Shown in pieces: positions 1-11,703 of a stretch of 64,000 bases of DNA (positions are counted from its first letter, which is position 1; each line of letters begins with the position of its first letter). The position numbers and the translations under genes were made by a program. The notes beneath the pieces were generated by a model, which worked only from the letters and a program-made list of their open reading frames with translations, searched no databases and was not told where the DNA came from. Location: assembly GCA_019828565.1 (NCBI GenBank), contig JAHDYR010000053.1, positions 284,214 to 348,213 of the forward strand, in the 5' to 3' direction. The stretch is from Carpediemonas membranifera BICM. Lineage: Eukaryota; Protista; Fornicata.

Positions 1-1
1 C

Positions 2-112
2 GTGGCGCAGGACTACGTGTTCGTGCGGACGGTGGACCAGGACAAGCTGAAGTTCAGCATTCCAGCTGTCCGGGCGGGTCTGGTGCTGGTTCAGAAGGTC
101 ATCGAGGGGTGA
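2..112 (+). CDS. 3' end of an unidentified gene entering from the left edge
   Basis: Open frame VAQDYVFVRTVDQDKLKFSIPAVRAGLVLVQKVIEG* with GC3-rich codons, ending TGA followed by TAAAT. Confidence 0.6.
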   Translation: MAQDYVFVRTVDQDKLKFSIPAVRAGLVLVQKVIEG

Positions 113-384
113 TAAATTAGGATAACATGTGTCAGCCAGTGTTTATACTGAGACCCAAGCTTCTGTTATTTCGGGGCGGTTCGAAACAACCACAGTTTTT
201 CAGGTCAGGCGATGTGCCAACAATCGGCCTCATGATTGATCACTTCAGCGATCACACCAGGCCACTGGGGGTCATTCTACTCCCACCCACCCGCAGCACG
301 CGCCCCGTCACCGTCCCAAACCAGACGCTGCCGGGTTCTCGACATTTGCGATGTGCAGTTTATGTCAAACATCGAAAATTCACG

Positions 385-2941
385 ATGGACCTGCAGCGCA
401 TCCTGGAATACAAACAACTAGTTCGTAGCACACCACTCTATCACACAGATCGACAAACTCCAGGACGAAGCCGAAGAAGCTGCGCTGAAGCTGGATTCGG
501 AGAACGAGCGCACCCGGGCGCTCAAGAGCCACACGAAGAGCGTCGAGCAGGAGCTCCAGAACTGCAACAAGCTACAGATGGAAACTGACGCCGAGATCGC
601 CCGCATAGAGGAGACCGTTGGCGTGCTGTCCGCCGAGACCGAGGCCGAGCAGAAGGAGATCGTGAAGGTCGAGGCCAAGACCGAGCAGAGCATTCAGCAG
701 CTCAATGAGCACCAGAACAGCTTGCGTGGGATACAGGCGAAGATCGCGACGCAGACGGAGCAGCTTGGGCTAAGCCAGGAGGCGTATGAGCAGTGGTCGC
801 TCGTCATCAAGCAGAAGAGCGACGACGCCGCCGCGCAGATGTCGTACATGAAGACGGACGAGGCCAAGCTGAAGGAGCTGCAGACGAAGATCGACCATAA
901 CGACCGCGAGAAGGAGGCACTTCGCGAGGGCCTTGCGACGGACGTCAGCTTGACGCGCACGAAGCAGACGATCGTGAACAGGCTCGCCGAGGAGTTCAGC
1001 GAGGAGCGGCAGGCCGTCATCCGCCGCCACGCCGAGCTCGAGGACCTCGCCCAGACCATGGCGAGGAAGGACGCAGACATCGAGGAGGAGCGGGCCGAGA
1101 CCGAGGAGGAGACGCAGCTTGACGACGCGCTGCGCATCCGCATGAACGAGGACGAGGAGGCGCTCCGCCTCAACCGCCTGGCCGAGAAGGAGGTCACGCA
1201 CCAGGAGACTGTGTCTCTCGGGACGCTCGAGACCGTCCGCCAGAGTCGTATCGAGGACGAGCGCGCCCGCGAGGAGCGGCAGCGCCAGAACGCCCTCGTG
1301 CGCAGCGGCATCGGGGCCGGCGAGAAGGAGGGCCGCACGTGGCAGACCCAGACGGCCAAGACCAACCAGGAGACGCTGGCCGCGAGCGCCAAGCGCGACG
1401 GCGTCCAGAAGGAGATCGAGGCCATCAAGCTGGCCGCCAATACGCTGGTGACGAAGGAGAGGAGCGTCGCCGAGCGCCAGGCCGAGATCAAGAAGCGCTA
1501 CGACGAGACGGTCGAGCTCCAGGCCGCCGCGAAGGCCGAGCAGCGGGCGCTCGACGAGCAGCGCATGAAGCAGCGTGACCTGCGCGACGCCAAGATTAGC
1601 GAGGAGCGCTCGCTCAACACCGACATCAGCGGCGCGCAGAGCATGCTGCGGAACCTGACGTCGTCCGTCCGCGACAAGGACGCCGAGCAGCAGAAGCTCG
1701 TCCGCAAGCTGTACTCCGTGAACTTCGAGGTCCAGAAGCTTCAGCGCCGGCTCGAGCGCGCGCAGGGCCACCGCACCGCGGAGGAGAAGACCGCACTCAA
1801 CGACAAGATCGCGAGCCTCGAGGCGTCGCTCGCCGAGCGGAAGGCGGAGTTCAAGCTCCTCCAGCAGCAGGAGACCAGCCAGGCGCGGACGCAGGCTGCC
1901 GACCGGAAGGAGCTCGACATGCTCAGAGCCCGCCTGGACGAGGCCAGCACGCACCGCAGCGAGCTGGAGCTCGTGACGAGCACGTGCGAGCAGGAGAAGC
2001 TGAAGATGCAGACGCTGCGCAACGATGAGCGCGTGCGCGTCGACCAGATGCGCGTGGAGGTGGCGAAGAAGACCGAGCTCGTCAGCGTGGCGCTCAACAA
2101 GTCCTTCTACTGGGAGAACAAGCTCGCGCAGACCGAGCTGACCCGGGCCGAGCAGCTGATGAACGTCAAGATGCTCGTCGACGAGACCGAAAGCAACGTG
2201 AGGACGCTGCGCGAGGAGCACTCGCGCATCACCAACGAGGTCAACCGCCAGCAGCTCGTCAACGCAAACCTCAGGAAGAAGCTCGAGGTGCGCCAGTCCA
2301 AGATGGGCGTTGACGAGGACGGCAAGCCGCTCGATCAGACCACCATCATCGGCCGCGCAGCCCTCGAGAAGCAGCGCCTCGAGGAGGAGGGCTCGGCGCT
2401 CCACGAGAAGATCGAGGCGCGTCGTGCGGAGGTGACAAAGTACGAGAAGATGGTGGAGGCCTTCAAGTCCGCGAACGCCGCGGCCAAGGCGAAGAACAGG
2501 GGCGGACACAGCGCCCAGACGGAGGAGCTCCGGCAGAGCCTGCGCGCGGACGTGGACGCGCTGGAGGCGACGCAGAGCAGGCTGACGAAGGAGAACCGCA
2601 GCATGCGGGAGGCTGCGAAGTTCAATAACCAGCAACTCTCATCGATCTCCGCCCAGCTCGACGTCAAGATGGCAGAAGAGCGCCAGCTGGGCGCCGACCT
2701 TGACGACCTGAAGGCCAAGCGCCGCAGCGAGCTCGTCAAGGCCAATACCGCCGTCGCCGCGGCCAGCGAGGAGTTCAGCCGCGTCATGCAGGTCTCCGAC
2801 AAGATGCCCGAGACCGTCGGGCGGTACGTCGTTAGCAACCAGTGCATGGCTGTCCTCCGGTCCGTGGCGTCGGACGCCGAGAAGCTCCAGCTCGACAAGG
2901 GCAGCCACGACCGCCTCGTCGCGGCCACGACCGTCGAATAG
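385..2941 (+). CDS. CCDC39: Coiled-coil domain-containing protein 39 (axonemal 96-nm ruler, FAP59); exons 385-420, 449-2941
   Basis: Splicing 421-448 joins MDLQRILEYKQL to IDKLQDEAEE... in frame with ORF 578-2941; motifs SHTKSVEQEL, QEAYEQW..KQKSDD...Y...DEAKLKEL and LYSVNFEVQKLQRRLERAQG...EEKTALNDKI match CCDC39. Confidence 0.85.
421..448 (+). other. Spliceosomal intron, 28 nt (CCDC39)
   Basis: GTTCGT...TCACACAG; removal restores frame. Confidence 0.85.
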
Positions 2942-3432
2942 GGCATTTGTTCCAACATTCCTCCGATAAACTCTCCTGTGACGATGAGGCGACCCAGGCA
3001 CTTCGCTGCGTGCACTCGTAAAGCAGAGCATTGCCTGATTCAAGACGCGATGTGGGGCAAGGAGCTCGTCTCAACGCTCAGCTGTCTCGTGTCTACTAGG
3101 TGTTGTTTGAAAGCCGACGCATGTCGTTGAAACAGTGAACAGACATGACCCATTGGCCACAATCTCATAAATTCACTTGGTTGTTTTGCGTTGCTCTACG
3201 CTTCAGCCAGCAGGTGGCTCCCGACCCTTCGCGCCGCGACAGGCAGATGGCAAGGGGTGATGTTCGTCTCGGCCAGACGAAGATGGCTGGCTCGCTGAAG
3301 CTCATTGCTCGACCTTCAGTCGATAGCCAGAGATGAACAAGTCTGCCTCGGAGATAAACAGGCTGACTCGCGATGTTGCATACACACCATCTGTTATACA
3401 AGGCTATTTACTGTAATATATCCTTAGTGTCA

Positions 3433-6400
3433 TTAAAAGTCATAGTACCTTCCCCCGCGGCGTCTAGTCAACAGCTTGACAACATTCTCGGTCACCACCC
3501 ACGGAGACATGACAACCTGCCCAACGGTCATCTTCAACAGCGCCACGACATTGTAAACGCTCTCACTCTCTCCTAATCTGAGATAAAGATTCCTGTCAAG
3601 CGGCAGCGAGCTTAGCGCGAAAGAAATGCAACAGACGCAGCAACAAAGCAGGATCAAGAAGAGGACCGTGAGCACGATGGGAAGGAAGCTGAAAGCAGAT
3701 GTGTCACTACCAAGTGTGTAGTCGACTGAGCAAACCATCACTGGGAAGTCGACCTCGTCCACGGTGATGAGGAAGTGGAGCTCTGCCGCGTCGATCCCGA
3801 CAACGTGGACAGTATAGTCGTTGACGGAGCCGGCGTCCTTGGTAATCTCGGAGACCCGGAAGTAGTCGGCGGTCGAGACAGTAAACGTCGCCCCCTCGAC
3901 GGCGATGGTCTTATACGACGACCCCTCTCCACGGCTGAGGCCGTAGATCTTGAGGCGGGCGTGCACGGCGGGCTCGCGGTATGGTGTGCCGACGTTGAAG
4001 CGGCGGGAGCGGAGGTGCATGGCGAGGCGGAACGTCTTTCCGACAAGAGCTTCGTTGGGGACAGTGACATTGGACAAATCCGTATCTAGCGGTCGCAGGA
4101 GATACGTGTAAGCGGCAGGATAGTACGTATTGTTGTCGACACGCACAGTGATTGCTGCATCATCGGCCAGCGGCGTGGTCAGTGTGTAGTTGCCGACTGC
4201 GGGGTGGGTCTCGGCCGGGGCGACTGTCGTGCCGTTGATCTTGAGCTCAAGGCTTGCGTTCACATCGCGTGGGACTGAGAAGTAGTCGAGCAGTGTAGTG
4301 TTAACGACCAGGTCCTCTCCAATGGGGACGAGCGGCGGCACTACGATGGTACTGGTCGCTACGAACGGCCACGGATGGGCGCAGTAGACGTTGCTGGGGA
4401 TTGCGGCGACGGTGGCCCCGTTGATCGTCGTGGAGAGCGAGACATTCCCAATCGTGGAGCACTTGAAGGCCCAGCATGTTTCAGTGAGGTTTGCGGTCAC
4501 TGGGGGTGCTGCCGTGACGTCGACAGTGCCATTGACGAGGATCTTCGTCTCCGCAACCTGGTACTTGTACGTTTCATTGCCGTTCTTGTCTCTGTTCAGG
4601 ACACAGAGGTTGGTGACGGTGCTGTTGATGTAGAGATCGGCCTCAGTAGCGATCATCGAGCTTTGAGGAGCGCTGATGTTTCGAGCAACCACAAATGTCA
4701 CCGCCTCCGCCTTGATCGGCCCGACCTTGGCCGGACCGAAGTAAAAGAACGGCGTATACTCCCTCCCTGGGGCCTCAGGCTCGAGCTTAGCCACTGTGGT
4801 GTACGCCGAGTGGGTGTGGAGGTCAGTATACACCCAGCCGTCGAGCGAGGCGGTGATGTCTGTCGCCTCGTCATACGCACGGACGTCGGCCAGGTCCCCT
4901 GAGTTCCAGACGATGGGATCGCTCTTCGCAGACAGCGGGGTGAGAGTGAACTGTACTGGATCGTCCGGGTCGAGGTAGGCGCCGTTGGTGACGTTCGCCG
5001 TGACCGAGCCGGCCACGGCGAGAGGGACCCTGGTCCTCTCGATGTATACGATGGTCCCGGCGGGGGCATGGTCGCCCTCAAGCTGGGCCTCGAGGTCGGC
5101 GTAGTAGTAGCCGTCGGTGGCAGTACCGAGGTAGAGATTAGCGGTGAGATCGGCGCATATGGTGCCCACTTCCTTGCGGTATGGTGCACCGACAGAGTAG
5201 TATGAGCCGTCGAGGAGGTCGGGCGAGGTGCTGATGCCGAAGATCACCTTGTATCCGTCAGTGACCTTGTACGAATCGACTAGTGCCCCAGTCGTCGAGT
5301 CGGTCATGTTGAAGCACAGCGGGGTGGGTAGGCCGCTAATGGCTCTCGCGGGGGCGAGCATCGTCAGCGCGGTCTGCGTCGGCAGCTGTGGGATGTCAAC
5401 CAGGGTCGTAGTGGCGGTGACGAAGGACTGGGCGATCGTGGAGCCCCACACGCCGTAGAACTTGATGCCCAGGGACGCCGGGATCGACAGGGGGGCCGTG
5501 TATTGGCCGCAGTAGACTCTGACACCGTTGATGGTGGCCGCCTTGACCTCGAGCGCGGTGGCAGCGGCCATGCTCCCGTCCTTGGCGAATATGGCGAGCA
5601 TAGACATGTCCTCGGAGTCGCCTGGGTCGACCTGCTTGCCTGCACCATTGTAGAACTCCAGACACGCGAGCAGCTTCTCACCGATATACACGGAGGACGT
5701 CAAGTTGAACTTGGCCGAGGCACTGAACGTGATAGCCTGAGACGCCCACTCTGATCCTGCTACGACCACCTGGACGTTGAAACCGGTCAGTGAGTGAATG
5801 TCAGAGTCGATGCAGACCAGGTTAGGGTCTGCCGCCTGCGGTATGCCCGTGTGGGGATCGTTGTCGACCCTGAACACGACAGACTGCTGTGGGCTCAGGA
5901 TCGTCGGGTTGGAGTCGGCGTCTGTGAGGTTGAAGCAGTACTGGACCGTCTCGCCGAGCAGGGGGGTGTCAGGGGCGACGAACTTGGACGTGGTCTTGCT
6001 GACAGGGTGGGCGACGGTATATACGTTACGTTGGGGTGAGGTAGCGTTACCGTAAATCGGTGTGACGAGCCATTCTTCGACAAACGTGGCCGTGGTGAAC
6101 GTGATGTCAGCGCAACACGTCTTGCCGTCGTTTCCTAGCGTCACATCTGCCACGATCGTGTCGTTACTCCACACGGTGATGTAAGCGTCGACCTGCTCCT
6201 GGGTCAGCGTCACCGGGGAACGGGTGGAGTCAATAAAGACGAAACACACCTGCCCGTCAGCTCCCGGGGTGACCAAGGTGTTGTTGCCGAGCGCCCCGAC
6301 GCCCGTGACTGAGGTGAGAGCCAGGTCGGCGGCTGGGAGGGCATGGACGGTGGTGCCGCCGTTGTTGTACGTGTATAGCTCATGACCCACGGGCAGGGTC

Positions 6401-7850
6401 ATATCATTTGATGAGAGGATGAAATGGGTGAGGACGGGGACGTTGACAGGCACATTGTCGACGGTAAACTGGTAGACCCCGAACTTGACCAGGTCACCGG
6501 GGGTCTCAGTAGTCTGAGTGACTAGGGTGGCAGCGACCTGGGCGGTCGTGTCAGTGTACACCACGTTATCGCATGTCCTCAGCTCCATCTCCACTTGGAA
6601 TGGTGCGTTGTACTTGATAGTCTCCGGTGCATCGAACACAGTCTTGTCGAGGCAGATCACCGGCACCTGAGTGGAGCTAGTAGTCACTAGCTTGCCCTCG
6701 AGATACACTCTGATCGTTGTATCGGTGGACGTGGTCGACACGAAGTCAGCGCACACCTGGCCGGCATCCACGTAGTACTTGAACGGCCGGGCTGGGGCAG
6801 ATGCGGGGCCGATCTCCATGGTCACGAGGTTGGCCCAGTCGTAGCCAATAAAGGCGGTCTTCGGGGGGGCGAGACATACAGTGTGTGTGCCCCCAGCCAC
6901 CTGGTAGGCAGGGGTGACGGCGAAGGACAGGGCAGCCTTCTCATCCACCAGGGGACTGAAAGGGGTGGCTGCGATTGACCCGGTTGGGGTCATTACGGCG
7001 CCGTGCACCCTGTCAGTGAACGTGGTCCCGCACTCAAAGGGCCAGTATGCCGCGGCCCCGGGGAACGTGGCGAAGTAGTCAGTATCGGTCCATGACTCGT
7101 TGCCTGTGCGTATGTGGCGGCCATAGATGGTGTTGAACTCGTTTGTGCTTCCTTTGCCCGCATAGACTACGCCGCTGACAAAGGGGCGGTCCATGATGAA
7201 CACGTCGTCCATGTAGCCGATAAAGTGGTCGCCTGTGGGTTGCATGGCGGATATGGATGCGCCTAGGACCAGCAGGCCGCCACTGACAATGTGGTGGGCG
7301 GAGGAGGTGAGGCCAGCGTGCTGCTGGACGCCGTTGGCGTAAACGGTGAGCTTGCCGTCGGATGCGCGGGAGATCACGAGCTGCAGCCACTCATTGGGCG
7401 GCAGCTCAGTGTAACTCCATTGACCATGGGTCCCGCCAACGTCAATTAACAGGTTGATGACTTGGCGGTCTTGGTACTGCAGACCTATGCGGAAATCCAC
7501 ACCGCCGTCGCAGCAGTCGGTTACTTCAGCAGCGCAGTCTACAGTGGGGTTCGTACTCTTGATGCCTGAGGAGGCACAGCCGTGCTCAGTGGCATATGAT
7601 ATCCATGTGTAGTTGCTGCCGAGAGTAAACGACGGAACATACACAGCAAGCGAGATGCCGGCCTCCAAGCTTGGGAATGAGAAGTCTTCAGTGGATAGGT
7701 AGGTTCCAGGTGTTCCACTGAACGCGACTGAGTTAAGAAGAGAGGAATAAACGAACGGTAACACTCCTCGGCCGCATAAATGGCCGGGACGTCAAAAGCG
7801 AAAGCATAAACGATGAAGGAGCACAAAACAAGCAATGCTGCAGTGCCCAT
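3433..7850 (-). CDS. Large type-I membrane/surface protein: signal peptide, LamG/pentraxin-like jelly-roll, beta-rich Ig-like repeats, C-terminal TM with Cys cluster; exons 7850-7757, 7727-3433
   Basis: Signal peptide MGTAALLVLCSFIVYAFA joined through intron 7728-7756 to ORF 3433-7764; LamG-like NEWLQLVISR..GKLTVYANG...LLVLG...FIGYMDDVFI; TM FLPIVLTVLFLILLCCCVCC. Confidence 0.8.
7728..7756 (-). other. Spliceosomal intron, 29 nt (surface protein)
   Basis: Minus strand GTTCGT...TAACTCAG; phase 1, yields EECY-L-AFSGTPG. Confidence 0.85.
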
Positions 7851-8190
7851 CGCCGATGCTTCTCGTACTCGTCGCGTCTTTGCGAAATACGTGTAGTGAC
7901 GCCCCGATCCCAGCCTCAAGAGATGCAGTCCGCCACCAATGTTCAGCACCCTAGCTGGTACGATACTCATATATTGGCTTCAGTGACATAGCGCCAGACG
8001 AAATATTGGCACTTGCGGCACGCCACAGCACAATACGGGATAAAGAGAACACAGTTGCAGGGCTGTGAAAGTGAGCTGTGAGCTGGGCTACGCTCACAGT
8101 GCATGTACGCGAGACTGTGGGGTCAATGATGATGATACATGAACCATAAATGGAAAGTCAAACTTTGTCATCTCCCTTGACAGACGCAAA

Positions 8191-9148
8191 ATGGCTAAGA
8201 GCAAGGGTTCCCTGACTACTTTCCAGTATCTTCTTGCCGGTGGCATCGCCGGTGCTGTTTCTAGAACTATCACATCTCCTCTTGATGTCGTGAAGGTTCG
8301 TAATGCTTCTCTGAGCTCTCACACAGATCCTGTTCCAGACTGGCTCCCAGTACGACAGCATGTCTGTTGCTATCCGCTCTATTATGGCCAAGGAGGGTGT
8401 TGCCGGCCTCTGGAAGGGTAACGGCATTGCTCTTCTCCGCATTGCCCCCTACTCTGCTGTGAAGTTCACCGCCTTCGAGCGCTACTCCCCCTACTTCCAG
8501 GACGCCAACGGCCGCCTTACCCCTGGCCGCAAGCTTGTCTGCGGTGCCCTCGCTGGCATGTCCGCCGTTGCCGCCACCTACCCCCTCGATGTCGTCAAGA
8601 TGCGCCTCACCGTCCAGTCTGCCGAGAACCCCGTCTACCACGGTGTTCTCCACGCCTTCTACAAGATCGGCAAGGACGAGGGCCTCAAGGGCTTCTTCGC
8701 TGGGCTGACCAACACCCTCATCGGCACCATCCCCTACGAGGGCGGCCAGTTCATGGCTTACAACATGATCCAGGACTACTGGAACGATAAGGTCGGCCGC
8801 CCCATGAAGGTTTACGAGCAGCTCCTCGCTGGCTGCGCCGCCGGTGCCTTTGCCCAGACCATCTCCTACCCCTTCGACACTGTCCGCAAGATGCAGGCCA
8901 TCTACCCCCAGAAGTACCACGGCGTCCTCCAGTCCTTCGCTGTCATCATGAAGGAGTCCGGCCCCACTGGCTTCTACAAGGGCACCACCGTCAACCTCAT
9001 CAAGGTTCTCCCCTTCGCCGCCCTCAGCTTCGCCACCTTCGAGCAGACTAAGCGCGCCCTCGAGCTTTACAACAAGAACCAGAAGGCCAAGCTTATCCAG
9101 AAGGTCGAGGCCAAGGTGACCGAGGCTAAGAAGGCTGTCAAGAAGTAA
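8191..9148 (+). CDS. Mitochondrial carrier family (SLC25) protein, adenine nucleotide/CoA-carrier-like; exons 8191-8295, 8327-9148
   Basis: Three Px[DE]xx[KR] repeats (PLDVVK, PLDVVK, PFDTVRK); LLAGGIAGAVSRT, GLWKGNG...RIAPYSAVKF. Confidence 0.93.
8296..8326 (+). other. Spliceosomal intron, 31 nt (carrier)
   Basis: GTTCGT...TCACACAG; removal gives PLDVVK|ILFQTG. Confidence 0.92.
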
Positions 9149-9150
9149 AT
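9144..9150 (+). terminator. Putative polyadenylation signal AGTAAAT overlapping the stop codon (representative instance)
   Basis: Same heptamer overlaps TAA stops at 14267, 20043 (minus), 27043 and 30476; resembles Giardia AGTRAAY. Confidence 0.6.
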
Positions 9151-9416
9151 TGCTTTTCATTCTGCCAGTTTAGCTTTGCATTGGCTCATGCGTGCCTTGT
9201 TGCGTGTTTGCTGCAGGGATTACGGACCGATGCAGCGAGTCAATACCGGTGGCCTGGTCGTCAGGAAATGCTGACCCCAGAGTTGGGTCGAGACTGTCTA
9301 ACAATGGCCATTTTACCACTTCGCACCGGCCCTTTCTGCTGACTAGCAATGTTCCACGACGATTGTGCTGACAAATCTTGCTCATTTTTTTTCGGGAAAA
9401 AAAATCCAGAGACGTG

Positions 9417-9908
9417 ATGTCCGCTGAAGAAGTCGCTGCTGTCCCCGAGCTCCCCCCTCGCCAGATCTCCCGCCACGAGGCCAAGGCCCGTGCCAACTTC
9501 GAGAAGGTTCCCGGCCTTGAGAAGGTCGAGAACCGCATGGTGAAGTTGAAGCGCGCTGGCGCCACCTTCAACATGGCTCAGGCTGATGTGTATTTCCACA
9601 AGGCATCCAAGACCTACATCATCTTCGGTGAGCCCGTCTTCGAGGATCCCACTCAGCGCTTCGCCCAGCAGGCCGCTGCCGGCCAGGAGGAGGCCAAGGC
9701 TGCCGCTGATGCCGCCGCTGCCGGTGAGACCAAGGACGCCGAGACCACCGAGGAGGTTGAGGCCGAGCCCGTTGACGCCACTGGCGTTGATGACACCGAC
9801 ATTTCTCTCGTCATGAGCCAGGCCGACTGCACTCGCGAGGCCGCCATCAAGGCGATCAAGGAGAACAACAACGATGTTGTTGCTGCCATCATGGCTCTCT
9901 CCGAGTAA
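9417..9908 (+). CDS. NACA: Nascent polypeptide-associated complex alpha subunit
   Basis: [29 protein letters not shown] (NAC domain); UBA-like [34 protein letters not shown]. Confidence 0.92.
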   Translation: MSAEEVAAVPELPPRQISRHEAKARANFEKVPGLEKVENRMVKLKRAGATFNMAQADVYFHKASKTYIIFGEPVFEDPTQRFAQQAAAGQEEAKAAADAAAAGETKDAETTEEVEAEPVDATGVDDTDISLVMSQADCTREAAIKAIKENNNDVVAAIMALSE

Positions 9909-10130
9909 CTCCAATAAAGGCTCCGGACCAGTTGTTGTGCGGACCACTCCACCGGACTCGGCAAATTCTTCGGAAAAGTGTAGACACCAGTGGCACCTGG
10001 TGCTGTGTGTGTGTCCATTTTGACACACATCTGGCGCCAACTACGTCGACCGCGCTGTATCCAAAGATATAACTTGACTTTTCAGGGCACCCTGAGAACC
10101 AAAAACAAACCAACTTTCCCAACAAGCGCA

Positions 10131-10774
10131 ATGCGTTTCATCCAAAATGAAGAACTATCAGCTCTTGCAGCATCAGTAAGCGAGCTTCAGTCCGAAGGAG
10201 CGCAGTTGATCTGCCATGTCGAGTTGTACAGCATGAAGGGCGCGGCGTCCGAAAAGAAGATCAGCAGGTCTTTAGAAGACGATATAATCTCCTCTTCTTA
10301 CCAAGACAACCCTTTCGACGTCATTAGCAACAACAAAGGCCGCAAAATGTACATCAACCTAATTCATACGTTGAATAGCGTCTTCCCAAGCAACGGTTCG
10401 CATGCCCACAGCCCGCTCACACAGATTTTACATACGTCACACCAGACCACTTCGTTGCCGAGCCTTCCGCCCATGTTATCGCCGAGTTCTTACTCAGCCG
10501 CTTTGAAGGCATCCCCGGCGGTCGGGAACTCATCAGCGAGACCCTGTCGACACTGGACTTGGCCATCATGGTCAAGGACTGCGAAATCTACTCCCTGGCC
10601 ACCGAGGACGACCTCTTTGGCGACGAGGCCCTCTGGTCCTTCTGCTTCTTCTTCCACAACCCCAAGACGAGGAGGATAGCAGTGTTCGCGTGCCGGGCGG
10701 TACCGTACGGTAACCTGCTCGACTGTTGGTCTGACCACGAAGTATGCCACGATGTGTACTACGATGTATACTGA
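10131..10774 (+). CDS. MAF1: Maf1, repressor of RNA polymerase III; exons 10131-10395, 10425-10774
   Basis: MRFI...ELYSMK; RKMYINLIHTLNSVFPSN|DFTYVTPDHF after splicing; DCEIYS...LWSFCFFFHNPKTRRI. Confidence 0.88.
10396..10424 (+). other. Spliceosomal intron, 29 nt (Maf1)
   Basis: GTTCGC...TCACACAG; phase 1; restores conserved FPxxDF motif. Confidence 0.9.
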
Positions 10775-10991
10775 TATACTATACTGGCTGTGTGTAAGGC
10801 ATGTAAATGACCTTTTGTGAGGTGTGGCCAGCCTGAGGCTCATTTATGGCATTTATGGTGGGAAACGTATCGCTCGAGGACAGAGGATGTTGCCGCTCGA
10901 AAAGCCCGGCATTCTGCACGGAACGCTCCCAGAAGGATGGAACCCGAACATTATCAAGATCGGCACCATTCCTGAGAAGTCAAGACGGCAG

Positions 10992-11381
10992 ATGGCCGAG
11001 GGCGTACAGCAAAACTCGGCTTGCGATCCACCAGCGCAAGCCGCAAAGCTTAACGCGTACACAGACACAATTGAGGCGCTACTAAAGCAGTTTTGGGACA
11101 ACTACAACAGCTGCATAAGCCCTCTCGACCCTTCGTTCGCCCGCATTGTCGCCCAGCTCCAGCGTGTTCAACGGCGACTCCAGCCCCTCACCGAGTCCGT
11201 CGCCGCCACAAGAGACAACGACCTGGTGAACGCGCTGCTTGGCCCTGAACTGGACGGGCAGGAGGAGGTCGTCGTCTCTTTTGCCACGCCGATGAAGGAG
11301 CGCATCCAGCGTGTACTGGATGTGTACGAACGGCTCAAGACGGTGGTGGGGGCGAGGGTCTCTAGGCCGGGGGTGAGGTGA
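10992..11381 (+). CDS. Hypothetical helical protein (start uncertain)
   Basis: Part of ORF 10824-11381 with coding-like codon usage from MAEGVQQ; no recognised motif. Confidence 0.55.
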   Translation: MAEGVQQNSACDPPAQAAKLNAYTDTIEALLKQFWDNYNSCISPLDPSFARIVAQLQRVQRRLQPLTESVAATRDNDLVNALLGPELDGQEEVVVSFATPMKERIQRVLDVYERLKTVVGARVSRPGVR

Positions 11382-11703
11382 CTGCGGCTGGTTTAGTGGT
11401 GAATGAACGATGATGGATGACGTCATCATCTGCACATGCTGCACATGTTTAGGAATATTTGGGACTAGGAGTGATTCAATTAAACGTACTACCCGCTTGG
11501 CTTGTAGTGCGACCCTCGGCCCGAACTAGGAATAGCACAAATCATTGATGCATTCAAACCATAATGAATCTGGAGCTGGGTATTTAGACGAAGTCACTAG
11601 CCACAGCCCGATGCCAGGCACCCTGGGCTCCTCAATCCGACCGAGGAGGACCTTATCTCCATCAGAAGACGGGAGTACGTATTTCGCAAAGGACACAAAG
11701 AGG

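Noticed and set aside
178-187. GGTTCGAAAC resembling a tRNA T-loop or B-box
   Set aside because: No T-stem complement and no cloverleaf or A-box
770-2635. 621-aa antisense ORF opposite CCDC39 (also 8270-9160, 12877-14265, 24787-25671, 37548-38912 and others)
   Set aside because: Shadow ORFs produced by strong GC3 codon bias of the sense gene; no motifs
11545-11703. Long N-terminal ORF-track extensions (also PTPA, SLX4-like, LST8, ACS, HYDIN, Nop4, PP2C, SH3)
   Set aside because: Begin at non-ATG or upstream codons in promoter-like sequence; homology and codon bias start at a downstream ATG
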